DNA of 64,000 nucleotides from Eledone cirrhosa (taxonomy: Eukaryota). The stretch lies in the NCBI GenBank assembly GCA_964016885.1, contig OZ024742.1:261764001-261828000 (forward strand). The letters run 5' to 3'. Below the pieces are notes generated by a model. The model ran no database searches. It was not told the origin of the DNA and saw only the letters and a list, made by a program, of their open reading frames with translations. Position numbers and translations under genes: made by a program. Below are positions 1 to 11,431 of the stretch, piece after piece (position 1 is the first letter of the stretch; each line of letters starts with the position of its first letter).

Positions 1-1430
1 CATAACTTATAATCTAGTGAGCACTTACAAAGCTAGGTGTAGATGAATTACTTGTGAGGGCCATGCATGCCATGCATAGAGGAGCAACTAGCAGAGTGAG
101 AGTCGGCAATGAGTACAGTGATGAATTTGAAGTGCAGGTGGGGGTCCACCTGGGATCAGTCCTCAGTCCACCCCTATTTATCAATGTACTTCAGGCCATC
201 ACTGAGAAGTTTAAAACTGGCACTCCAGACAAGCTCCTTTATGCTGATGACCTAGTCTTCATACTGAGTCCGAAGGAGAGTTAGCTAGAGGCAAAATTTC
301 AAGCATGGAAGAAGAACTTCACTAAATTTACTAAAAGTAAATTTAATGAAGATGAAAGTCTTATAAGTAGGAAAGAAGACAGGAAAGTGGCCTTGTTGAA
401 TATGTCAGAAAGGGATGGGCAGAAATTCCATAAGGTGTACACAATTAAACTATGGATGCACAAGAGATGTAGTGGGATTGCAGGTAGGCTAACAGAAAAG
501 ATAGCCTTTATATGCAGCAGATTCACAGGGGAAGTAAGCACAAAGGTGAAATAGATTCCCACAGTTGTCAGGGAAGTTCTCTAGAAGTTGTTGACAGCTT
601 TTGCTTCTTAGGCGATCAAATTAGTAGTGTGGGAGGATGCACTGAAAGTGTGATAGCTATGATAAGAACAGACTGGAAGAGGTTCAGAGATCTATTACCC
701 CTGCTAACAACAAAATGCTTTTCTCTCAGAGTGAAGGGTAGACTGTGTGCAAACTACAATGCTACTTGGCAGTGAAACATGGGCCTTGACTACGGAAGAC
801 CTGTAGACGCTAGAAAGAACTGAATTAAGTATGGTCCAATGTTAGTGTGCGTGAGCAACATAGTGTAAGCAAACCGAGGGAAAAACTAGGCATAAGAGGA
901 ATTGGTTGTAGTGTGCAAGACAGAAGACTGCGTTGGTATGGCCATGTGATGTGCATAGAAGATGGCAAGTGCATAAAGAAGTGCAGAGAAACCCCAGTTG
1001 CTGGAACCCGTGAAAGAGGTAGACCCTGGAAGACATGGGATTAGGTTGTGAAGGCTGACCTTAAAAAGCTAAACTCTAAACCTTACAGCAGAAATGTATA
1101 TGCAATTTAAGTGTGAGTGAAAGGCAGAGTTTGGATGAACTGAGTGAGAAACTGGGTTTAAGTGGAATCCGAAGTAGTGTGCAAGAGTGAAGACTGTGTA
1201 GGTATGGGCATGTGATGCATATGGATGATGATGGCTGGTTGAAGTGTCAGAAAATCCCAGTGGAAAGAAGCTGCAGTGGAAATAGACCAAGGAAGACTTT
1301 GGCAGAAGTGATGACAACTGATCTCAAATTGCAGAATCTCACAGAGGAGATGACAAAAGAATGCAGCGAATGGAGAGATGCTAAAAATAACTCATCCAAC
1401 CCATGCAAGCACAGAAAAACGATGATGATA
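1..1430 (+). mobile_element. Degraded RTE-clade LINE (RT through 3' end; 3' portion duplicated)
   Basis: Frames give RT motifs GVHLGSVLSP and LLYADDL, then FCFLGD, RRLRWYGHV and GRPWKTW. A second copy of the C-terminal part lies at ~1110-1430 and ends CCCATGCAAGCA...GATGATGAT. Many stops and frameshifts. Confidence 0.9.
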
Positions 1431-1453
1431 TATGTATATATTTATCAATAAGC

Positions 1454-1998
1454 CAACATGAAGGCTAGGTTTTGTATCTTTTACACTACTCATGATACAT
1501 ATTTCTGACACGAGATGGCTACATTTTGATACAATGACACAATCCATTTCACACCTTCATCAGATAGCACAAGATATGGTGCATGGCATCACAGGGACCT
1601 ACAACTTTTCAGCTAGATTCCCACCATATTTCAAATTTAGTATAAAATTCACTGATGTATGTACATGTAGGTGCTTTTCCTTCCATCTTCGTGTGCTTGG
1701 AATACCCTGATGTAATAAACCTCGGAAACTTTGGTAGACACCTAATACCTTCCCCTTGATTTCGCCTGCTAACACCAACTTGATCTCATTAGGGAGGCAG
1801 GCCATTGAATTAACAACACCAGAATTTTTGGGTCTATCTCCATATCACTACTCTGCATATAGATTACATATCAACTGCAATGTGCCGTTTGATATAGGTG
1901 TATCATAGATTGCGTCATGGTATCATAATGTAGTCATCTCACAACAGAATTATGTATCATGGTCATTATGAAAGATATAAAATCTAGCTTTCGTGATG
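1454..1998. mobile_element. Old MITE-like element with long imperfect terminal inverted repeats
   Basis: ~1454-1571 is an approximate reverse complement of ~1881-1998 (e.g. CATGATACATATTTCTG...ACACC vs GGTGT...CAGAATTATGTATCATG). Confidence 0.6.
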
Positions 1999-2159
1999 TC
2001 GTATTAATGTATTCAACTCCATCATACAATTCCATATCAAAATTGATAGGATACAAATGGACATCGAGTACTGTTTCTGTTTTACACCATGATTTTCTTA
2101 ATCACAACATCTGCTGCCATATGGGAAATGCCCTATAACACAAGTATCATCATTACCTT

Positions 2160-2600
2160 CTACTTCTTCTTAGCCCACTTATTCCTGAAAGGGCAGTGGG
2201 AGCAGAGTCCTCAAACACTCCTTCCAGCAGGTCCTGTCAGATGCAACCTTCTCTAATTGGCTTGTATCCTCAAGCAAGACCTGCCAAGCTCATGAATGTT
2301 ATCCAACCATCTTGTACAGGGTTGACTCCTGAGTCTCCTTCTGGTTGGTTTTGCTCATAAAATCCATCCAGCAATTCTTTCCTGAGACATTCTAACCACA
2401 TGTCCTTAATATTGAAGCTGTGATCGGCTTTACCTGATTTCTGTTACTCCAAAGGCCCTCTGGAGAAACCCCATTTTGGCTGCTTGTATTCACAATCATA
2501 TTCTTTTAGACATTACCCAACATTTATGTCCCTAGGTAATTGAAGATAGCAAGTTTGGCTTTTACACCTACCTTCTTCTCATGACTGAAATCTAAAGCTG
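2160..2600 (-). mobile_element. RTE/Rex3-like LINE 3' fragment
   Basis: Minus strand reads T*GHKCWVMSKRI*L*IQAAKMGFLQR, resembling the RTE C-terminal motif YGHE.W.M......IQAAEM.FLR. Confidence 0.6.
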
Positions 2601-3009
2601 ACACATTACTGATATATATTTAAGATATATATTAAGAAGTTCACTAAGAAGCCAAAGTGTATGATAAAGTTATATCTGTATAGATACAGGGTGGGTAACT
2701 GAGACTGTGCCAATGTGTATATAAATACTAAAAATGTTGATAGAAGGTTTTTAGATAAATATAAACATTTTAAAACAAACAGCTTTGTATTGTAGAACCA
2801 GGAGTGGTTTCAAGTGTTTTGGTGTTATCATCATCATCATTTAACATCCGTCTTCCATGCTTGCATGGGTTAGATGCATTGTCTTGTTATGAGTCTAGCC
2901 AGATCAGGTGACCACATCTTGCTCATACAGATCTGTTTTGGGCCGGGTTTCCTACTGCTTGATGCTCTTCCTAACATCAACTACATTACAGCATGTACTG
3001 GGAGCTTTT

Positions 3010-3235
3010 CATCTAAAAACCTTCCATCAAAATTTTGAGTAAGAAACTTTATGTTCCAAACATCAACTTAATAATGAGAAAGTTAATTATATTATTAAAT
3101 CCCTTCAAATTCTTGAATATTCTCAAAATTATTTGATAAATGGCAATGAAAGATTATTCTGCATTATTTTCAAAATGATTTGTAAATCATAGGCAATGTC
3201 TTTCATTCGAAATATGGTGAGGAAAGGAGTAAGCT
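3010..3235. mobile_element. TTAA-type MITE family A, partial copy
   Basis: Shares AAAACCTTCCATCA...TATGTTCCAAACA.CA.CTTAATAA...AGAAAGTTA with 18054-18292; opposite orientation to 4847-5100. Confidence 0.55.
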
Positions 3236-3407
3236 AAATCATAACTAAAGAATAAAAAATTAATGAAATTTGTCCTAATTTAGAGACTGATTAATCTTTC
3301 CTACTTTTACTGCCATTAATAATGATGATGATACTGAGAGCAGGTTGGTGGGGATGGTGGCTCTCACATGGATAACATAATTAATCTTTCTTTCTCTCCA
3401 CATCCAG

Positions 3408-3458
3408 ATTGTTGCTACAGTACGGCATGTCATTAGAATGGTGGTCAGAGGTTCAAAG
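3408..3458 (+). CDS. RNF181: E3 ubiquitin ligase RNF181, internal exon (first exon lies upstream of the window)
   Basis: Pyrimidine tract plus CAG acceptor (3407), GTCAGT donor; reads LLLQYGMSLEWWSEVQR; phase joins the next exon (AG+A=Arg). Confidence 0.75.
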
Positions 3459-4248
3459 GTCAGTATTGATGATTTACAATCAAGTCATATGATGCTAGTC
3501 TTAAAAAAAACACAGCTCTGCTTTTCACATATTTAAAATTACACACACAATATTTTATGTTCACTTTCCATGTTAGCATGTAGGTTGTCAGTTTGGGACT
3601 GGACAGGTTAGAGAACTTTGTCTCTAACCTGTAATATGTATCTGTTCATTATTAACTGGGGCAGATGTTATTGGTTTCATCCATCTCACTGAATGAAGAT
3701 GCTTAATATTTTATCAATATATAAACAAACTTAGTTTCCCTCTCTCTCATATATATGTATATATATATATTTCAAAGTATATATGTTTTAATCTAGAATT
3801 TTTTTGTGGAGAGGGAGGGGGTGATTATATTACATACACATTAATCTTAGCAAACGCTTTGTAATGGTATCTAAATATATATCCGTTCATTTTAAAAAAA
3901 CGAAACTCAACTTCATGGGGGAATAGTTGAAGTTGAAATAAGCAAAAAAGCAGTTAAATTGTTATAGCAACCACGCAATACAATGCTAAATGAGAAATGC
4001 ATGTGTATATGTGCTGGTGTGTGCCTGTGTGCATTTCTGTTTTCGTTTATTAATAAGTATTTTTGTTATATGTTTAATGTGTCTATGTGTGTGTGTGAGT
4101 GCTTCTGTGTGGTGCAGCAATGTTGTATGTGTATCGGTGTGTATGTGGATGAGGGAGGGTACTTGATGCTGTAAGAAGAGCAGATTAGAAGAAGAGGAGT
4201 GGTGCATTTAGGCCATTGGTGGTAGATATATTTAGGGGGAAAAAAGCC

Positions 4249-4279
<31 letters not shown>

Positions 4280-4675
4280 GATATATTTAAATGGTTGGTT
4301 TTAGGATGGGCATCCAGCCATAGAAACCTACCAAACTGGGTTGGGAGATTGTTGCATCCTTGACACAACTGAAGACTCTCAACCCTATATTTGGCAAATT
4401 TCTATGGCTGGATGCCCTTCCTAATATCAGCCACTTTACAGTGTGCATTAGATGCATTTTATCATGGCACCAACCATATGTTTGGCAAGTTTCCTACAGT
4501 TGAATACTCTTTCTAACACCAACCATCTTAGAGAGTATACTGAGTAAATTTTATCATGGAACCAATACAACTACTTTACAGAGTGTATTGGGTATGTTTT
4601 ATTGATAAAATTAGCAACATTTTTTCCATTTAAATAATATTGATATTTTTATTTTATTTTCACACTCAATCCTAG

Positions 4676-4764
4676 AATCTTTGGCAATGAAATGAGTACA
4701 CCTCCTACATCTAAGAAAGTTATTGAAACTCTACAAACCAGGAAAGTAACAGCATCAGAAGCAG
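4676..4764 (+). CDS. RNF181: RNF181 internal exon
   Basis: TAG acceptor, GTAAAA donor; reads IFGNEMSTPPTSKKVIETLQTRKVTASEA, the PP.SK.V+E.L motif that precedes the RING in RNF181-family proteins; phases fit both neighbours. Confidence 0.9.
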
Positions 4765-4846
4765 GTAAAAAATTTCAGCTGAAATTTACATAATCTTAAC
4801 CTTTTCATTAATGTATTTCTAATTATGTACAGTGTGTTTCAATTAA

Positions 4847-5100
4847 CCTTTTCATTTCTATATTTCTAATAAAAGACACTGTCTATGATTTTCAAATCAT
4901 TTTGAAAATAATCAAGAATTTGGAGAGATTTAGTAACACAACTCACTTTCTCATTATAAAGTTGGTGTTTGACATAACTTATCAAAGGTTTTTACATAAA
5001 ATTATAATGAAAGGCTTCTAGATAAATATTTACACTTTAAAATAAGCAGCTTTGTATCATAGAACCAATGGCAATTTCAGGCAGTTTGGTATCAAAAGGG
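4847..5100. mobile_element. piggyBac-like (TTAA) MITE family A
   Basis: Bounded by TTAA|CCTTTT ... AAAAGGG|TTAA; related copies at ~5790-5990, 8234-8734 and 18054-18292. Confidence 0.65.
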
Positions 5101-5287
5101 TTAATAGAGATTTTTGAGAGATTTACTAAAATTAAGATAGTAACTTAAAATTATGTTGAAAGATTTTGATTTAAGTTGGAACCCTTTAAAATGGGTAGTT
5201 TTATTTCATAGAACCATTAAAGCACCTTTGACTCTCAATCAAGCTTGTTGTAAATAGGTATCATGGAAATACATCATGTACTTTTAG

Positions 5288-5508
5288 CCCTTTAGCATTT
5301 AAACTGGCCATATCCAGCCAGAATTCACTCACCTCTTTCTTTTCAAACCAGCTGTATCTGGCTACTCATACTTATGTTAAGGTATTGTTCTCAAAATAGA
5401 TAATATCAAAATCTCATATATTCAATATTATGTGAGATAATTATGTGAAATAAAGTGTTTTCCATGAAAATATTATAGTAAATATAGAGTAATGTAAATG
5501 CTAAAGGG
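5288..5508. mobile_element. piggyBac-like MITE family B
   Basis: 14-bp TIRs CCCTTTAGCATTTA / TAAATGCTAAAGGG flanked by TTAG and TTAA. Confidence 0.7.
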
Positions 5509-6065
5509 TTAACTGAGCTTGCTCCTTTACAAGCATTCAGTCCAGACCCTTGGTTTCTTATACATTTTTCCTGCAGATATTCAGATTCAACATTATACAT
5601 ATCAATTTCATCAGTCTGGGAAGGCCTGTAAAAATCAGATGCAATCTTCCTTAGGCAGTGGAAGCATAAGTTAAGTGAATTTATCATAGCCACAACAGCA
5701 CAGGGCCTGTGAATGGATGGCACATATTGAGCCTTCCAGTACCATTGACCACTGTTATCTTATGGATTTGATCATCTATGACTGTTTAACCCTTTCCTTA
5801 CAATATTTCTATGATTTTGAAATAATTCTGAAAATAATCAAGAATTTGGCGGTATTTAGTAATATAACTTTCTTGTTAATAAGTTAATGTTTGGAACATA
5901 ATTTAACAAAGGTTCCTATGTTACATTATGATGGAAGTTTTTTCAGATAAATATAAAAACTATAAAATAAACAATTTTCGGCAGTTTGTTTCCAAAATAT
6001 ATTGATTTGACAATCAATCTCTAACTCATCACTTATAATAAACATTTGTATTGTTACCATTTCAG

Positions 6066-6181
6066 AGGACTCTCTCAAATGTACCATATGCCTTGGTGAG
6101 TTTGAGGAAAATAATGAAATAAAGACTTTGCCTTGCAATCACCAGTTTCACAGTAATTGTATCCTACCGTGGTTAGAAAAG
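6066..6181 (+). CDS. RNF181: RNF181 exon, first part of RING-H2 domain
   Basis: TTCAG acceptor, GTCAGT donor; reads EDSLKCTICLGEFEENNEIKTLPCNHQFHSNCILPWLEK (C-x2-C...C-x-H-x2-H-x2-C). Confidence 0.96.
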
Positions 6182-6209
6182 GTCAGTGACAATGACAAGT
6201 CTTTTTTAT

Positions 6210-6540
6210 TTATTTAGTCTTTCTTACTTTCACTAGTTTCAGCCAATGGACTGTGGTCATTGTTGGGACACCACTTTGAAAGAACTTACTCAATAATATC
6301 AACCCCCATGTTTTGCAAATTTTATCAATCTGTTTTTGTCTTAATAACATACAGGATATAGCTACACACATATTTATATCTGATAGGCTTCTGCAGTTTT
6401 CATCTACCAAATTTCACTCACAAGACATTGGTCAACTTGAGACTATAATAGAAGACATTTACCCAAGGTGCCACACAGTAGGAGTGATCCTGAAACCATG
6501 TGGTTGCAGAGCAAACTCCTTAACCACACAGCCATGTCTG
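6210..6540 (-). mobile_element. tRNA-derived SINE in RNF181 intron
   Basis: Minus strand starts GGCTGTGTGGTTAAG (A box) with a GGTTTCAGGATC B-box-like motif; a second copy lies at ~6920-7265. Confidence 0.7.
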
Positions 6541-6805
6541 CTTCTATATGTTACCACAAAGTCATCATATTCTACATACATTAACACGTCTTAATCATGA
6601 TCATCATCATTTATATCCGTCAGTGATTTGAGATCAGCTCTTACCACCTTTGCCTAGGTCATCCTTGGTCTTCCACTGGAATTTTTTGGCACTTTTTCAC
6701 CCAATGGTTATCATTGTTCTCCTACATTAACACACATCCTAATATTCTATATACACATGTTCTATCTTTTCTGATACAGTTTTAAATTGCTTCCTTTTAC
6801 TTTAG

Positions 6806-6880
6806 GTCAATACATGTCCAATGTGTCGGACAGAATTCCCAACAGACAATCCAGAATATGAAGAATATCGGGCCCACAAG
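6806..6880 (+). CDS. RNF181: RNF181 exon completing the RING-H2 domain
   Basis: TTTAG acceptor, GTGAGC donor; reads VNTCPMCRTEFPTDNPEYEEYRAHK, matching the RNF181 signature CP.CR.E.PTD...YEE. Confidence 0.96.
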
Positions 6881-6919
6881 GTGAGCAGCAGTTAACCATA
6901 TTCCTGAACATGTTCATTT

Positions 6920-7265
6920 ATACTTTTACTGGTTTCAGTCATTAGATTGCAGCCATGCTGGAGCACTGCCTTCAAGCGATTTAGTCGATTATATTAACCC
7001 CAGTATTTCTTTTTTTGATCTTTTTTTGTTGAATTCTTAAGTTACTTGACATAAACAAACCATTAAACATAATAGTCACACACACTCACATACATACATG
7101 CATGTATGTATATATATGATGGGCTTCCACACATTTCCATCTTCCAAATTTCACTCACAAGGCATTGACCGACCTGAAACTAGAAAACAAGGTACCACAA
7201 AGTGGGATTGAACCTAAAATCATATTGTTACAGAGCAAACCCTTCAACTACACCACAATGCCTGT
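6920..7265 (-). mobile_element. tRNA-derived SINE, same family as 6210-6540
   Basis: Shared blocks TACTGGTTTCAGTCA and CCAAATTTCACTCACAAG; minus-strand GGTTCAATCCC B box. Confidence 0.7.
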
Positions 7266-8052
7266 GGTGGGTATTATTTTAATTTTTTTTTCTTAGATAT
7301 TTTTCAGTTTAAAATTACAAATGGGTATAAAAAAACTATAACTGATCCTAATTGTTTCATCATGATCATTATTTAACATCTGTCTTCCTTGCTAGCAAGG
7401 ATTGGACAGGTTATAACAGACAAGGTCAGTACTTAATTGGAGCTACTGATCTGTCAGATGGGCCTTGAACTACGTCTCACTTACATACATTTCTGCACAC
7501 AGTAAAGTGCATCAGGTGCAGCACAACTGGAAAGTCCTTTTGACTCTGTTTGTCAAGTTCTCTATGATTGGGTGCTTTTCCAATCACTAACCACTTTACA
7601 GAGTATACTGGGTGTGTTCATCATGTTACCAACACTAGAGATATTGTTGTGCCCTAGATACAACTGAAGAGTCCTCTCCACCCTTTTTTAGCATAGTTTC
7701 TAATACTGGATGTCATTCTTTACAAAGTGAACTGGGTGCAGTTCATTGTGTCACAAGCACTAAAGTCATTGTGTCATGATTGGAGGGTCTTCTCAACTTT
7801 TTTAGCATGATTTCTACTGCTACTTCTTCCCAGATTTTCTTTGGTCTACCTCTAACACAGTACCATAGATACCTTCCAACACCAGTGCACAGAATTTTTT
7901 CATCCATTTGCATTTCATATTCTCAGTGACAAGACCAATGTCATGCTCAAACACTGATGATTACAATCACGATGATGTTGATTAAATAATTGTTTTAACC
8001 CTTCTCTCTTTCATCTTCTCCACTGAACAATTTCTTTTCTTTTCTATTGCAG

Positions 8053-8112
8053 GCTCGCCAGAAGCAAAGAGATTTTGAATTGGACTCTTTACACAATTCT
8101 ATGTTTGGTTGA
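8053..8112 (+). CDS. RNF181: RNF181 terminal coding exon
   Basis: Long pyrimidine tract plus GCAG acceptor; reads ARQKQRDFELDSLHNSMFG-stop, matching the RNF181 C-terminus (L+.LH..M). Confidence 0.95.
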   Translation, partial: ARQKQRDFELDSLHNSMFG

Positions 8113-8142
8113 CTTCAGCTACTGTACAAAAGTTTTGTTGGA

Positions 8143-8157
8143 AATAAAATTAATAAA
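8143..8157 (+). terminator. Tandem polyadenylation signals of RNF181
   Basis: AATAAA at 8143-8148 and 8152-8157, ~30-45 nt after the stop codon. Confidence 0.65.
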
Positions 8158-8233
8158 ACTAATACTTCAAAGTTGATTTCACCATTTATCTACCGCTTAT
8201 ATTTTCTGTGAGTAACAATGGCTGTGAGGTTAA

Positions 8234-8734
8234 CCCTTTTGATATCAAACTGCCTAAGCTGTTTATTTTTATTTTGAAGTGTTTATATTTATCTAAAATG
8301 GGTTGAGACACACAAATGCACCATTTGAGTGTAGCAATGCAGCCTGTGCAGACACTGCACACCAGGAGTTACACAAATGTGTCTTACGGTTGAGATTCTT
8401 TTGAAAAACAACTTGGGTCCAGCTACTACTCAGCCACTATTGCACAGAGGCAGCCGGGCAGCGCCATTCTGTCGAGTGAGCATGCAAACTGTTGTTCTGA
8501 TCCCACAGTTCCTCTCATACTTGACAGGATAGCCATAGCTGAATTGATGTTATCAGTGCTCACTTGCAATTGGCAATGAATACAATGGTGATGCCAAATA
8601 CCCATTCCAAATACTCACTTAATAATGAGAGAGTTAATCATATTGCTAAATCACTCCTGATTGTTGAATATTTTCAAAATGATATGAAAAATCTCAGGCA
8701 GTTTATTTCATTAGAAATATTAATAACAGAAGAG
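8234..8734. mobile_element. TTAA MITE family A with internal insertion
   Basis: TTAA|CCCTTTTGATATCAAACTGC ... GAAGAG|TTAA; the ends match 18054-18292, with ~270 bp of unrelated sequence inside. Confidence 0.55.
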
Positions 8735-9839
8735 TTAAGGTATTCATCAGCTCACTATGTCTTTAGGATTTCAAATTTTACATTAGCTGTAGTATGTCAT
8801 GAAGTTAAGCACAAAACTTTGCTCACCTAAATTTGCCTAGGTCTCACTTTCTAATTTACTGTTAAATGGAAGAATATCTAACTGTAAAAATAACTGCACA
8901 GCAAAGTAGCTTCTATGTAGTTGCACAAAGACAGGATTGATGGAATGGAAACATCATGCTCCGACTGCCATATTGCAACCACCATATGATAAAATACTGC
9001 ACATAAAGCAACAAGTTGGCAAAGTTGTTAGAACATCAGAAAGAATACTTTGCAGTATTAATTCCAGCTCTCTGCACCTTGAATTCAAATGCCACCAAGG
9101 TCAACTTTGCATTTTATCCATCAGGATTAAGGGGACTTGTGTATAAATGGAAAGTACTACTGCATGCCAGAGTGAATAGTACAGTGCTCCACTAGGCAGA
9201 GGTATGGTATATCTACAGCAATGGGTTTGTGGTTCCTCTTTGGAGGCTGACTTAGGGATAAATAACAACAATATTCCATATATATTAATGCTTAGGGATT
9301 CAGGCCTGGCACCTTCAGCAAATGTCTTTTGCCTTGTGAGAATAATTTGGTAAACAGAAATCATGTGAAAGTATGGTTGAATGAACAGTTAAGAAGTTCA
9401 CTTTCCAATCCTTAGGTCCTGTGAGATTTTAGGCAAGTGTCATTTACCATAGGCTTGGGTCAACCCAAGCCTTATATATATATTTCCTTATGGCTGCCAT
9501 TTCATAGTTCATAGGACCGAAGTGAAAAATCAATCTAAGCACTCAATCATTGATTACCAACTATTGATTTTGGTATAGCTCTGGAAGACGAGAAACTAAT
9601 CGTCAGAGGAAATTGTCTTATAAGTTCCAATAGCGTATAACATACTTTTATATCTATCATGTTTCGAAAAGTAGTCAATCCATACCTCAAGGTGTGAATT
9701 AATTTTTAACAGTGATGGCAGATATAAATAGGACAGGACATGGCATCTGCTAGAAAACTGGGCGATGTACCAGTCGCAGACCAAGCAGCTGAATATTAAG
9801 AATTTGGAGCAGATATCCAGTCCATATATTTTTTTAATT

Positions 9840-10100
9840 TGAATTATGGTATGGACATGTGATGAGCATGGAGGATGACCGCTGGGTAAAGAAGTGCCAA
9901 AAAATCCCAGTAGAAGGAAGGCGCAGTAGAGGAAGACCACGAAAAACATGGGCAGAAGTGGAGAGAGCGGACCTCAGATCGCTGAAGCTCATGGAGGAGA
10001 TGACGAAGGACCGTGACAAGTGGAGAAATGCTGTGCTGAATAGGACCCGTTCCACCCTTGCAAGCAGGGAAAAGCGGACGTAAAATGATGATGACGATGA
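9840..10100 (+). mobile_element. RTE LINE 3' end
   Basis: Reads WYGHVMSMEDDRWVKKC...RGRPRKTWAEV; ends CCCTTGCAAGCAGGGAAAAGCGGACGTAAAA followed by a (TGA)n-like tail. Confidence 0.85.
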
Positions 10101-10155
10101 TATATATACGTGTGTGTGTGTGTGTGCATATATGTATTTATATATATCTATATAC

Positions 10156-10274
10156 ATGAAAAATTCGGGACCCCGATGGCTGAGCTCCGGCCGTTTCAAC
10201 AGCTAGATTGGAATTGTTTGGATCTAGCTGTTGAAATGGCCGGAGCTCAGCCATCGGGGTCCTGAATTTTTCAT
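10156..10274. repeat. Near-perfect 53-bp inverted repeat with 13-nt loop
   Basis: 10156-10208 pairs with 10222-10274 with only two non-Watson-Crick positions. Confidence 0.95.
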
Positions 10275-10350
10275 ATTACCCACTCTATTACCCCAAGTAT
10301 CGAGTACTCTGGTGAGTAATGGTCTAACTGTTTTTTACTGCCTCCATTCT

Positions 10351-10434
<84 letters not shown>

Positions 10435-10439
10435 AAATA

Positions 10440-11402
10440 GTAGACACCTTCCGTTACCTGGGTGACAAAATCAGCAGTGGTGGAGGGTGCTCTGAAAGTA
10501 CAGTAGCCAGAGTCAGAACGGGATGGAAAAAGTTCAGAGAGCTTATACCACTATTGGTCGCTAAAGGTTTCTCTCTAAAAATGAAAGGCAGACTGTATGA
10601 TGCCTGCATACGAACAGCAATGTAACATGGCAGTGAGACATGGGCATTGTGTGCAGAGGATCTGCGCAGACTGGAGAGGAACGAAGCATGCATGGTCTAG
10701 TAAGATACGTGAACAGCAAAGCATAAATGAACTAAGTGAGAAATTAGGAATAAGAGGGATCAGGTGCAGTTTACTCGAGAGTAGACTACGTTGGTATGGT
10801 CACGTGATGCGCATGTAAGACGACAGCTGTATAAAAAAGTGCAGGGCGATCAAAATTGATGGAAGTTACGGAGTAGGCAGACCCAGAAAAACCTGGAATG
10901 ATTTGATAAATTCCAACCTTACACACTTACACCTCTCTAAGACAATGTCACTGGACCGAGATCTTTGGCGCTATGCAGTAATACAGAAGACCCGCCTTGC
11001 CTAAGTACAAAGCGAAACCTACAGTCAGTAGGCACCCCTTAATCAAATATACACCCCCATCCCACTACCTCAACTCCACTCCCATCAACACCACCCCTTT
11101 CTCTGTAAAGTTATGTTGGTACCACAGCATCCAGTCCTAAATAAATGAGGTCATGTAGGTGTCACGACAAAAAAACATAGTCCACGCTGTAATGTGGCCA
11201 TGTAGGTAACACGGTAAAAACCTCCCAGTCCACACTGTAAACGTGGTTGGTGTTAGGAAGGGCATCCAGCCATAGAAAACCTGCCAGACATTCCTATACA
11301 AGCGAGATGACCAATCTTGCTTCAAGTGGGATAATTCCCGTCTAAACCCATGCTAGCGTGGAAGATAGACGTTAAACGATGATGATGATGATGATGATGA
11401 TG
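10440..11402 (+). mobile_element. RTE LINE, 5'-truncated, with 3' UTR and (GAT)n tail
   Basis: Reads FRYLGD, GWKKFREL, RLRWYGHV, GRPRKTW; 3' UTR TGTTAGGAAGGGCATCCAGC; (GAT)n at 11378-11402. Confidence 0.9.
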
Positions 11403-11431
11403 AAAGAAAAAATTCCAAATATGCCAACTAC

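Noticed and set aside
5577-5670. Possible extra RNF181 exon after the TTTTTCCTGCAG acceptor
   Set aside because: No convincing GT donor, and the protein is already contiguous without it.
9480-9615. Half hammerhead GAAAC-TAATC-GTC-AGAGGAAAT
   Set aside because: No properly placed CTGANGA box or stem II.
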